A stretch of DNA of 45,575 bases, counting the filler, from Hausera hauseri (taxonomy: Eukaryota): assembly GCA_046269625.1 (NCBI GenBank). It is 8 parts of 8 records of this genome, joined end to end, with 100 filler letters (N's around TTAATTAATTAA, not from the genome) between each part and the next. Parts side by side here need not be neighbours in the genome. Positions count along the whole stretch, not along the records: positions 1 to 7,941 come from JBJURY010860965.1; positions 8,042 to 17,786 come from JBJURY010296611.1; 6 more parts are not named here. One strand, given 5' to 3'. The first letter of the stretch is position 1. Every line of letters starts with the position of its first letter. The notes beneath the pieces were generated by a model. It searched no databases. It worked only from the letters and a program-made list of their open reading frames with translations, and had not been told where the DNA came from. Below are positions 1 through 11,559 of this stretch, piece by piece. The translations under genes were made by a program, and so were the position numbers.

Positions 1-110
1 ATCATCTCCTCCAGAAGAAAGGAAAATATTATTACTCCAAAGGAATATTTCAGAAAGACTATGCAGATACTGAAGAATGGAAGCAATTACCTAAATCGAT
101 ACAAGGAGCT

Positions 111-866
111 ATGGAAGAATTAATTAAGAATGAAAACGGAGGGGAACAATGTAAAATTAGATGGGTAGCAACGTTAGATCTAATAGAACCAGTACAAGAA
201 GATCTCAGCCTGACACCAATGACGATAACATCTGAAGCTAGTACAATTTTAGCTACTATTGAAAGTCTAATAAACCCAGTAGAGGAATACAATTATACGA
301 TGGCTAACCAGATAATCTCATACTTCAGATCAGTAAATGCCCTAAGATTAAACCCAACTAACCTCCCGTCTGCTCGAGAGGAAATAGATAGAGTATTGCA
401 TAGACTAGTATATCAACCATTACAGCATACCATCGTCAACTCAATAGAAATATGCCTACAAGACCAAGATATCCCAGATACCATAAAGAAACCACGTCTT
501 ATAGCAAATAGAACCAAACAATGGCTAAATGATATTGACTCAAATAACGATCACCCTAGCACCACGCTTCGTTTATTCGGAGAAAGTCCCCGTGAATGGC
601 TAAAGGATAGCGTAGATTGTTTATTGTTAAGAGGTAGCATAAATCAACTATCAAAAGAAGACCGAAAAGACTTCATCAAATTATACATAAGTCTATACAG
701 ACCATATTTTTATCGACTGGAACAGGAAACTGAAATAAACTTTAGAAAATTAGACTACAAATATCAATTACTCCTGATAGCCAGAATCTTATATACCTCC
801 TATAAAATTCCAGATAATAGCTTATTATCTTGTTCAGTAAATGATTTTCAAGCCATAATATACTAG
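111..866 (+). CDS. Hypothetical helical protein (251 aa; probably part of a longer disrupted ORF)
   Basis: Long open frame with the same composition as the rest of the block; no recognised motif. Confidence 0.45.
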   Translation: MEELIKNENGGEQCKIRWVATLDLIEPVQEDLSLTPMTITSEASTILATIESLINPVEEYNYTMANQIISYFRSVNALRLNPTNLPSAREEIDRVLHRLVYQPLQHTIVNSIEICLQDQDIPDTIKKPRLIANRTKQWLNDIDSNNDHPSTTLRLFGESPREWLKDSVDCLLLRGSINQLSKEDRKDFIKLYISLYRPYFYRLEQETEINFRKLDYKYQLLLIARILYTSYKIPDNSLLSCSVNDFQAIIY

Positions 867-1402
867 GAAGGTTTTTACCTGTTCCGTAGAATTCTGATAG
901 ACATATCTGTACAATCAGTATGGCTTAGACCTACCAATATTATGATAAGAATTTGGAAGGACATAATGGGAATACCAAGCAATGAACCTATATGCCCCAA
1001 ACATGAACTACTATTAAAAACTCGACTAGAAACCCATTCTACATTACAGACAATACGCTACATCCGATAACTCGATCCACTGGTAAAAAATACCGGATAT
1101 CATATGAAGAGACTATAGTGTATGAGGATAAAGTTAAATATCAACCCGTATTCATCGGAAGTCGTAGAGAACGAGTATTAATTACTCACTTCGTACGAGA
1201 AAAACCATTATTATTTCCTACGACAGACATAATCAACCTATTACGAAGAATCTCCCTGGAGTTAATAGCAAATACACCCCCGAAAAAAGTTGTCAAATTG
1301 GGTAGCAGATGCCTAAGATTGTTCAAGTACTACGGCGGTGAAATATTAAATAAAATCCTAGCAGATTCCTTCATAATTAATTGTTAGATAGTATACACAC
1401 TC

Positions 1403-1708
1403 ATGACAATAAAAGATGACCTTGTTCAGGAAGAGATAGATACTTACAAAGAAGAAGAAGCACGAAGAGTATGGAATAATTATCTGAAACGGGATATAAG
1501 TACACCGCTAACCTCATCGGATTACGAAGATATAGATAAATTCGATGTTGTAAATGCAAGTGGATTTTTAGGTAAATTAAACGCCTTACGCTATCATTTA
1601 ATATTCTGTGAGTTAGATGACAATCAAGAGATTGCTAAACCGTTCAAAGAAGAACGGAAAATATTAATAAATACACGTTTGCTAAATACTAATAATGAAG
1701 AAAAGTAA
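1403..1708 (+). CDS. Unknown ~90-aa domain, copy 1
   Basis: Aligns by eye, without gaps, to the N-terminus of 3908-4543 (LKR...LT..DY.DI..F..VNA.G..G..N..RY.LIFC......A..FK.ER). Confidence 0.6.
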   Translation: MTIKDDLVQEEIDTYKEEEARRVWNNYLKRDISTPLTSSDYEDIDKFDVVNASGFLGKLNALRYHLIFCELDDNQEIAKPFKEERKILINTRLLNTNNEEK

Positions 1709-3381
1709 CAACAGATATGACAAAAAGTATACGGCGATTAAGTGCCTTCGAAAGACATGCTTTGCGTATGTGCTGTAATAGAGAGTTATTCAAAATGGAG
1801 AAGCATAAAGATATGCCACTTAATGACGACGACCTCAATGAGATGAGGCGTATAACAAACATAAACCACCAGTAGTAGACGAGACACAATATGGAACGTA
1901 TCAACTCAACAACAATAGCAACCAAGCAACAGGAAACAATAACATAAACTAAGATGAACCTATACCCATTAAGATAACCAAACATTTGACACAGAAATAT
2001 ATTATAAACCCAAATACTACCGAAGAATGTAATAACGACATTCACCCAACATCAAATGAAAATCAATCTAACATAATTAGCAACGGATTTACTTACTCAA
2101 CATAAATGCTACTCATTATACCATTTATGTTACTTTTAACATCTGAAGCTACTCCTATGACGGTAAACATTACTCAAGAAAGTTCATCAGTTTGGGTATT
2201 ATTATCAATTTTAGTTAATTTAATGTTGCACATGAAGACGTCTGAGCAATCAAATAGTGATAAAGAGGTAACTCCAACGGAGGGAGACACCATAACGGAA
2301 GAAGTTACCACCATCAAACCAAAATATATAAAACGTAGAATGCTTGCAAGGATGAAGGAAATATCAATTAATAAGCCTTTTTTACCCTATGGTGATAAGG
2401 AAGATATTAACCTGCAGGTGAATATTGCTGCAGACGAACAGAATCAAATGAATCCCAAAACCCAATGCCAAACCCATACCTATAACTATCTTGCCAAGTA
2501 GAACGTTATGAAAGAAGAAGACTACAAGAAGATAAACGAGAAAATCAAATCTTTATTAAGAATTTTGATCAAACAACAGAATGGTCAAAATTGGATGGCC
2601 CCATCCAAATAAACTTAGAGATTTATGCAAAAGAGCCAACACTGAATCTCCATTATATACAGTTAATAGCTCAAAACAAAGAAATTACCAATTACATAAA
2701 GGAAGAGATTTATTCTCCGTTCGACGTACTCTCAGAAGAAACGTAGATAATCGTAGCTTTGAAAGCACAAGGAGTAGGCACAGTAGCAGAACATCCCTAT
2801 TTAACCACTAGTAAAATAATTCCAATACTCCGTGACATAAACAAGCTTCTCAAAGACCATCATGAACAATCAAATGGAGAATACGAGCTATATAGAGTAG
2901 CCAACCGTTTGGCCCAATTACCATTAGATAACAGAAGTCTCGTAGCAATAGTCGAACAAAACCCGGATAAGCGGACAATGATTAACTATTTCAGACAAGC
3001 CTACGTTACTCATTTGGAATTGAGAAAGGAAATCAAACAATCCGATCTAATCAGGAAAGTTGCACTATTAATGTACCAGAATGGAATACAACCCTACTGA
3101 AGAAATAAGATAACTGTTTATCAAAGTATCCAATATACAATTTGTTTATGGGAGACACTCAAACATATTAAACTAAAATTTATAACCTTTCACCTCGATG
3201 TGTACAAAAATATTTCGAACAATACCAGAAAGAGTCAAGGTATGATCCACCCACTCACCCAGTGAGAGATAACTTATTACTAATTACCAGCTTTCAACAC
3301 CAACTTTTCAAGTAAGTACTGCACAAAGGTAGATCATTTAAAGAACGACACGAAAACGAACGAACCAACTATAATTCAGGG

Positions 3382-3924
3382 TTGAGAATATTTGACGAAA
3401 TTATGAATGTATCTGGCTCAAAGCTTTCATGGTATAACCATATGCATGAGTTAGCCAGAGCTTGGAATTATAGATGGAAAATAAAATCCATCCACTTTGA
3501 GAATCGAAGATACGAATTAATAATTATGTATGAGTTACACCTATCAACTATACCACAATTGTTGAAAAAAATACGATTAGTCGACTTATTAAATGTAAGA
3601 CATGATTTCAGTGCGAATGCAACACTTGTAATTGGATCTAGCGTAGATTATGAACCCTTATTCATAGGTAACATAGCTGAAGGAAACTCTTTAACAAGAT
3701 TTCTCCGAGGTTATAGAGCCCCTCTGCCAGTCAATCACATTAAAAGAGAAATCGAAAGCGAATTGCCTGGCATAAAAGATTATGTTGATAATCACGAAAT
3801 GTATAGTGTAATCAGTTACCATCTAACCTTATATGAATGGTTTGGATTAGAATTGAGACAGCAATGTAAGGGTCACATATATACCACGTATCATAGCCTA
3901 CTCATTAATGGCATTAAAAGATAA
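3382..3924 (+). CDS. Hypothetical protein (180 aa)
   Basis: Open frame that overlaps the next ORF start; no recognised motif. Confidence 0.4.
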   Translation: MRIFDEIMNVSGSKLSWYNHMHELARAWNYRWKIKSIHFENRRYELIIMYELHLSTIPQLLKKIRLVDLLNVRHDFSANATLVIGSSVDYEPLFIGNIAEGNSLTRFLRGYRAPLPVNHIKREIESELPGIKDYVDNHEMYSVISYHLTLYEWFGLELRQQCKGHIYTTYHSLLINGIKR

Positions 3925-4543
3925 GCTTGATGAAGAAGCGTTACAGACGATAGAAGAAAAGGAAATTAAACTCCTATTGAATAAATGTTTGAAACGAAAC
4001 TCAAATCATAAACTTACGAAGCAGGATTACCAGGATATATACTCGTTTTGTAATGTAAACGCAGAAGGACTATCTGGTCGAATAAATGTTATCCGATACC
4101 GCCTAATATTTTGCTCAATACCCTTGTCCAACGAAAAGGCAGAAGAATTTAAATTAGAAAGAGAAAGAATAATATCACAAAGAAGGCCAATTAATCGAGA
4201 CAAAATTAATGATTGGATAAAATTCGTGACTAAACCTTTTACTCCAGCAGTACCTATGCTTATACCATCATTTTTAATTAAGAAAGCTGATGCAGAAACG
4301 ACTACCAATATTACATTACTAGCAAACAAGCCAATAGTCTCTCCAATAGTTATACTAGAATACACTATTTCCGCAGTAATATTGACACTTCTAGTTAGTC
4401 TTATAATAGGAGCAAAAATATTCTTCAACAAGAAAGTCAACCGATATAAGCGATTGAATTCCATTAGACTAGATATACTACCAACAACCAGTGGATTTAT
4501 GATTAGAAGCATCTTAATACCCTATCTAAAGCAAGAATATTAA
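3908..4543 (+). CDS. Unknown ~90-aa domain copy 2, followed by signal-like segment, NIT sequon and transmembrane helix
   Basis: Paralogy to 1403-1708; hydrophobic run YTISAVILTLLVSLIIGAKIFF followed by basic NKKVNRYKR. Confidence 0.6.
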   Translation: MALKDKLDEEALQTIEEKEIKLLLNKCLKRNSNHKLTKQDYQDIYSFCNVNAEGLSGRINVIRYRLIFCSIPLSNEKAEEFKLERERIISQRRPINRDKINDWIKFVTKPFTPAVPMLIPSFLIKKADAETTTNITLLANKPIVSPIVILEYTISAVILTLLVSLIIGAKIFFNKKVNRYKRLNSIRLDILPTTSGFMIRSILIPYLKQEY

Positions 4544-5778
4544 CAAAGAGGCATACTCATACAATCAAACGACAGATATAATATGACTAATATTACTAAT
4601 ATCATTCGTCCTTGCATTGATGAGTTATATCTCCGTTCTAATCAAAAAGTTTTATAAAATAAGGAGAGAAGTAAGAAGAAGTGAGCAGTTAAAGCTGGAT
4701 GTGGAAACAGCAAACGAGGAACCACCTCCAAAGTATGATGATGTGTCAGGTAATTCACCACGTATTTACAAACAAATAGCAGTACCTGTTGCATTGTCAT
4801 CACTCAATGTAACCTCAACGTAAGCAAGTCAATATGAATACGCAGTCATCCCTACCTTACCTGTTATGTATTACAAATCATTTCTGTTGGTATTGTTTCT
4901 AATGGGTTTAGCCAGTAGCACTGTAGTCGCATTAATAATAGTAGCATTTTATAAATGTTGCCGAGTAGTAAAATACTATCAAAGGAGAGCCAAATAATCG
5001 CCGCATCCTAATTACAAAGAAAACCAAGGTAACTACGGTAGACCAAATCCAATACTTTTATTTACCCTGGTAATACGCTGTTTAATTGGAAACTGCGCTG
5101 CCCAACCGGTCAGCTCAAGTGAGAAAGATTATGGAAAATATGTAAAATTTATATCATACGTACTAGCAATATATGCAGTCGAAAAAATAACAGAATTAAT
5201 TAAATTCACTAGGCAGCAATGGGAAAGAAAAAAACGAACCAGTAGAGAAGAATTCTTAGGTGCAATTCATACTATATTAGCCCCAAGGATAGTTCAAAAC
5301 TACATGTTACCAAAAGTAGAAATAGTAGAAAACCTATGGACAAAAGATCCACATATACAACGGTTATTAAAGGAATCATCAACAGCCTTAACAAAAGGAG
5401 TTGTTAGAAGTCATACATGGCCGAAAGTGGAATTAGACGATATACCCTGAATGGAGAATGAAGAAATCCAAACGGAACTCAACAGAATAGCAATAGACCA
5501 ATGTATCGTCTCAGAGAACAATACACTTAAATCAATTTCCGATACTATCCTATTAGAATTCAGAAAAACCTACGAGGAAATGTCAGCGGAAGATAAATTC
5601 TTATTGCTAAAATCGTGTGATGTAATAAGAAATAATGAGATAGCAAAAGAGAATACTTGGGATAGTTTACCTTACAGAAATATAACAGCTATAATAAAAA
5701 GATTCAAATTCTATAAAAAGAATGACGTCGACCTGTCAATCGAAGTACGCGAAAGTAGGAGGAAAATGGCGGTTGGGT

Positions 5779-7557
5779 CCCCCCCCCCCGGGGTGCGAAT
5801 CGATATAGCACATGTGCCAGTCGATAGTGTACATGCAGCACTATCGACCGGTAGAGTGCTAGGCGACGGTACCACTAGAGACCATTGCTATGCACACTTT
5901 TGCAAATTTGACAAATCGATCGCTGCACAATGCACTATTGATCGAATCGATCTGCACTTTGTGCTAATCGATAGTGCACATCGAGTTGCACCGATTGTTG
6001 CACAGTGAAGGTGTGCAGCACATGTGCAAGTGCGAAAAAATTAATATTATCAAATTTCTGATAATCCCAATATTGATGATTAGCACTCAGCATTGGGTGA
6101 AATTGGTAGCCCATGTGATGCGGTATGTGAATTTGCAGATAGAATTTAAATTGGTTGATTGGCTTTCGAATTATTCGCAAGTGGGACCGAACCACCACAG
6201 GCCTTTCCGCTATATATTTTAAATCAATAATATCAATATGGCGCATATACTGGCAGATGCAGCACTTGATTTAGTATCATTCGGTGCAAAACTCGTGTGT
6301 GGTGTGCACTTGGATACAGTTGCCAGGGCACTTTTTCACTTTACACATTTTTGCAGTTGTGCAGCTCAGGAGTGATGGAATTGATCGGGGTCAAGTGCAG
6401 GTGGATAGAGCACATGGAGGTGCATTTTGATATGTGGTGTGCAGTGCAAAAACATGTGTGCAAATGTGCAAAAATCATTAATATCGAATTTCCGATATTT
6501 CCAATATAGATGATTAGCCATCGGCACCGGGCGAATTTGAACACAAACATGGTGTAGTATATGAATGTGCAGTTAGAATTTAAATTTATCGATTAGCTAT
6601 CGATTAATATGGATGGAAAGTGAATAATGACCGTATTTTCCATAGATTTTTTAAGCCTATGGAAGCAAAATTCAATAACATTGAGCGGAGACATATATGA
6701 AATCCTCTATGGTGAACTCGAATCTCGAGTTGAAAATTCGAAATTGCAATTTTTTCGAGCTCGAATATCGAAGTTCGAACGATTGGAAAAATGTAACAGG
6801 GGCACTGATTCATCGTATTCAAAAACCCCTATGTACATAAAAATTATTCCATGAATATGTACTATACAGGCATAAAATCAATATTTCGAATTAAGCAAAA
6901 TGTGCATTTGAAGTCCAATGAAGCGAAAATCGATAAATCTAATAGCGTGGCTGGATATGAAGTCATATATGCCGATTCGGAATATGGCTTCAGGTATTCG
7001 AATTCGAGCTTACAAGTTGAATACTTGGATATTCGAACTCGAAAACTCGATCAAGCATACATTATTTGAAGAATGTAATGAAGGCATTCGATGCCCCATG
7101 GTCGGAAACCTGTATGGCAATCAAGATTATTGTGGTGCAGTGCTATGCAGTGTATAAAAACAAGGTTTGTCAAATGTGCTAAAAGTGCTTGTTAAATGCT
7201 GAGTAATTGTTATATTGATTAAGCAATAGAGGTGATTTTGAAGGTGAAGCACACAGAAATCAATAAATCTTTAAGCGCACATGGATAGGAAAGCATATGT
7301 GAAGAATCCGAATCTGATGTCAGATATTTCAATACACTATTCGAACTCAAAGAATTATCAAATCGAACTCGAATATTCGGTCAAGCAAGCATTATTTGAA
7401 GTATCCGATGGCTTTAATCAATTCCGCATATATGAAAACCTATTCAAATATAGCACCGTCACATATTTAAATCATTTGATGCATTAAAACAACAATGAAA
7501 AGCAATACGATGGCATAATTACGTGACAAGTTCATGCATTTGATGCATTAAAACAAA
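5779..7557 (+). repeat. Palindrome-rich interspersed repeat ('R' family), copy 1
   Basis: Starts at a C-run/G-run. Homologous to 17639-17786 and 37549-38740. Dense ATCGAT/GTGCAC/TCGA words, internal duplications (~6010-6170 vs ~6435-6600; ~6890-7110 vs ~7220-7445), and ends near ATTTGATGCATTAAAACAA as copy 3 does. Confidence 0.75.
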
Positions 7558-7941
7558 CGCATGATGTTAACAATACAACGTATTAGCAACAATATGCAGT
7601 GCCACATTTACCCCACCATTAAAATTATTTCCTTACATACGTTTTGTTTCACTGCATCAATATTATTTTCGTACGTGTTTTGTTTTACTTCATCAATAAT
7701 CAAAAATTATACAATGCAAGTTGACATAGCTATATTTTTCATTATTTCCAAATTCACTTCCACGAATGGTAAGTTTTTCTTATTTGTGTTCATCAAATCA
7801 TTGCTTTGTTTAGATGTGCAAACTTTACAGAGAGTGCTTGGCTCCAATCCATGAGACGGAAATATGCCATAGTATTATGATGAAATACTTTGGGCATATG
7901 TTCAACAGGGTTCAGTATTATATATGCCCTACATGTGAGGT

Positions 7942-8041
7942 NNNNNNNNNNNNNNNNNNNNNNNNNNNNNNNNNNNNNNNNNNNNTTAATTAATTAANNN
8001 NNNNNNNNNNNNNNNNNNNNNNNNNNNNNNNNNNNNNNNNN
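7942..8041. other. Synthetic contig spacer
   Basis: 44 N + TTAATTAATTAA (stops in all six frames) + 44 N. Confidence 0.98.
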
Positions 8042-8912
8042 AATTAATTTTAAGCCCAGAAAATGTATTATTCTCGAGTGTTTTCTTAAGGTTCAGTTCA
8101 AGTTCATATGTTAAGCAGAGAAATGCAAAGTTAAATTAAATAATTCTAATTTCGTAAAATATAGCTCATTTATTTATTTGATTTGATGTTTTCTCATTCT
8201 TTGATAATTGGATAGATTGAAATCGTCGACAAATTCTGGCACGGCCAATTTCAATGATAAACGATGTGTAAATATATTTTAAGTGAAACACACGCACGCA
8301 CACAGATACTCACACACGACCACAGCCGGTAAATTCGATAATAAACGAAATAATAGCACCCCGAACTACAGTTTGTGTTGATTGATGCTGCCGGCCCGAA
8401 AAAGAAAAAAGGTTGTAAAGCAAAAAAGCAAAACAAAAGGCAGAGACAGAGAGACAAAGAGACAAAGAAAACAAAAAAGTAAAACATATTTGGTGTAGAG
8501 TGGACGTACGACCATAATTTAAAGTAAGCACGAAAACCCAGCGAAAAAGAAGATACAGACATTTCTATTACTGATAGAATTCTCGGCAAATTGAGTAGCA
8601 CATGTACACAAACGATTCGCTATTTTTTGGAAAAAATACTTTGCCGCCATTGATATATACTCAACAAATCTGTGGAAGCTATCAATGATATTCTCTACGA
8701 TCAGACACGCACACACGCATACGGTCACCCCTATATATATCTCTCTGGTAATTTTCGCTATATCACAATTGTTTGTCCGACTCACGTCCACGCGACGGGT
8801 CCAAATTGTCCGCAGGTGTTTCCGGTGACGGTGCCGAAACAGGGACCGGGTCGGACTGGCTGCTTACACTACGGTACTGCGCGCCTTTCGGTGACAGTCG
8901 TGCCGAATTTTG

Positions 8913-10020
8913 CTAAAAGGCTCCTTCTGATTTCGGTTGAAATCGCCGCAGCATAGCATCGTCATCATTGTCGTCGTTGATTCCATAAAAATCTAACCAG
9001 GAATCAATGAGACTGGCGGCCAGTGGATGACGTCGGGATGATCGCATACGAGCGATGGAGTATCCCCGACGAGTGATAGAGACGTCCAACCAATCGCGTA
9101 ACAAACTGTCTGTTCGATGGGACTCTTCCTCGGTCAGAAGGTGAATGGGAAGAAGCTGTTTGTTGCAATCATACAAAGGAAGGAGACAAATCGATGAATT
9201 ACTGACAGCAACGTGGAGTGTCTGACCAAAACTCTCTCCATAATTGCTCAGTCCGGTCATACAACTTCCGGCCAACGAACAGACACTACTGTGTGACGAA
9301 TCGTAAGTATGTTGGTTGCGGGCGAAGGAGCCAGGGTGCGAACGTAAGGCTGCGTAAATGGCCGGTGCACTGGATGGATTGAACGAAGTTTCTGATGGAA
9401 CAAGAGCGGAAAAGTGTCTCCTAGTGTAACACAGGACAATTGGATTACGAGAACAGAACCACTTTTCCCTCAGTAAAGGAAGATAGACTCCTTGAAAAAA
9501 GTCAAATCTGACTGGCTCGTTACGATAATCATTAATAAACTTGACCCCGTAAACGATAATTGGTCGTCAAAATATGTGACACAGAACAGATATGTGGACC
9601 TGCTCCAATGGTTCACCTTGTTGGCATGCGATTTGCAAAAGATTTTGCCAATCCCTCTGAAACTAAAATTCATTGATTGTATAATTGAAAGCTCGTGCTT
9701 GATTTTTTTCGTATTCTCGCCAACATGGATAAAAAATATGCTCAGCTTCACGCATACCTTCGGCAAGTGCGGTGCGTAAAATATTATCCCTATCAAGAAT
9801 TCCCCATATTGCCTGGAAAACGCTATCTAACAAACGGTCCCAGCAGTACGATTCCACAGAGCTGTCAAACGATTTTGTGTACTGTTGAGAGCCCACCAGT
9901 TAATCACCTTTTCGTTTACCTCGAGTTCCCTTAATATATTTTTGTCAACCAATTCATCATATAGCTGACGACGGGTCAGTGGAGGTAGTAATTCGATTTC
10001 TGCTGGTAAACAAAACGTAC
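8913..10020 (-). pseudogene. ZRANB1: TRABID OTU-deubiquitinase C-terminal half, disrupted
   Basis: Reading across frameshifts gives TFCLPAEIELLPP...RLTALWNRTAG/DRLLDSVFQAIWGILDRDNILR...LEQVHISVLCHIF*RPIIVYGVK...FQGVYLPLL...PIVLCYTRRHFSALV...LLRDWLD...RRHPLAASLIDSWLD, colinear with TRABID. It has in-frame stops, and the catalytic Cys position reads R. Confidence 0.88.
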
Positions 10021-11332
10021 TATGATCCAGAATAAAATTCTCTAAACAAGATGTTTGCGTTCCAAAAACTCGAGAATGTTTTGCCCGTTAAATTGGCAAA
10101 AAAGGCGGGAAATTTTGCATTGTATTGGGCGACCATGTAGTCGGCCTCATCGGGTACATCGGTGAATTGGAAAGAGTACCTTTTTCTTACGCATTTTGCA
10201 CGGAATTTTTCAGTTCTATTTTTAGAGAATAAGTCCTTCAATTCATTGTAAACATTGAATTCCTTGAAACCGGACTTAATCAAAAAATACACGCATCTTT
10301 CAAGATTCGAAACGCGAATGACAGTTTGAATATTTCTGCTCATTTTGATTTCCAATTTTACCGAACAGAAACACAGAACCAGGAATTTTGTAATCTTTGT
10401 ATTCATCTATCCAAAAAACACAATTGTCTGAATTGAATTTTGATATTTCTTTAACGGAGAACGTATCATCGAGTCAGTATGGCTAACAAACAATTGACTA
10501 TCATCGGCTTCTTCTACTTCTTTGAATTTAGATTCACTGAACGCATCGCTGAAATCAACATCTATATCAAAAGATTCCGTATTAATTGGCCTTTGATCAG
10601 TGGAAATTTCCTTTTCGGTAACTACTTGTGCATTGTCAACGGATTTCTTCGTATCAACTTGAGGTTTCCTTGTTGGTAATGGTTCGGTACCTTTTTGATT
10701 AAACGTTTCGCTTTGATCATAAGCGTCCTCTATGACATATTCAATTGTTCCCAAATCAATAGAAGTCTTTGCAGAACGTTTTATAGGCACAGAACTAACA
10801 TAGGAATCAATTTTAGCTCGTTTAAAAGGTGCTTCGGATTTTCCGTGTAAAGAAAAATTTGTCTTTGGTGCTTTAACCTCAAATGGATTTAAAATTGTGT
10901 TCTGTTGCTTCACATATTTCTGGGTAGGATAAGCCACGGTTGTAAGTAACTCCTCAATTAATTCGGTTTCTTTCTTTTGTTTTTCCACTTTGTTTTTGCC
11001 ACCCGATCGAAACATATCAAAACAAATACTTTGTTTTGCATTCGAATGCAATAATTTATTGGAATCCGTCAGTTTACCTTTTCGGATTAGATTTGGATTT
11101 CGAAAGTTTTACTTCTTTCTCAGCCGTTTTTTCTTCATCCACATACTCATAAACGTCATCCTCTTTATTTAATTCAAGGTGATGAAATCCTTTAGCTTTA
11201 TTTTCCTTTAACTTTTTAAGATCAGCAAAAATTTGAGACTTTAGAATTTCTAATTCGCTTAGATCTTGATTGAAAACCAGCATTTAACACTTTGTCTGAT
11301 ATGAGTGAAACAAGTGAAACATCTGACACCAT
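10021..11332 (-). pseudogene. POLA1: DNA polymerase alpha catalytic subunit, N-terminal fragment, frameshifted
   Basis: LKKLKENKAKG...EDDVYEYVDEE; FFWIDEYKDYKIPGSVFLFGKI; VSNLERCVYF; RKRYSFQFTDVPDEADYM..Y; LTGKTFS..FGTQTSCLENFILD are all Pol alpha N-terminal motifs. Confidence 0.85.
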
Positions 11333-11559
11333 TTGTTGTATTGCAAACAACAGAAACGCAAATAATATTCTGCAAAATTCCAATGACGAAAATGTCAGAA
11401 ATATCCAAAATAAAACAACTTTACAAACTTTCAATCATTAAATATGGTCGACTAATTCAATATTTATTTTTATCACATTACACTTGTAAATTGTCTCTAC
11501 CATATTCAAACAAATTTTTTTCTTTTTTTACAACGAAAACAAAATTTATTTACATATTA

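Larger units (their letters stand above)
1..5778 (+). mobile_element. Unknown A-rich, single-strand-coding block; probable decayed polyprotein/accessory region of a large retroelement or endogenous virus
   Basis: Nearly all substantial ORFs are on + and abut or overlap (111-866, 1118-1387, 1403-1708, 2106-2501, 2759-3100, 3382-3924, 3908-4543, 4617-4823, 5451-~5778). Strong A-rich strand skew and no introns evident. One frame runs 4545-~5778 broken only by single stops. No RT, integrase or RdRp motif recognised. Confidence 0.45.

Noticed and set aside
5935-7487. Short ORFs inside the R repeat (also 37042-38612)
   Set aside because: They overlap on both strands, are not conserved in frame between copies, and derive from non-coding palindromic repeats.
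8251-8956. ORFs 8251-8601, 8310-8531, 8519-8791 and 8672-8956
   Set aside because: They lie downstream of the ZRANB1 stop in microsatellite-containing, 3'-UTR-like sequence and show no motifs.
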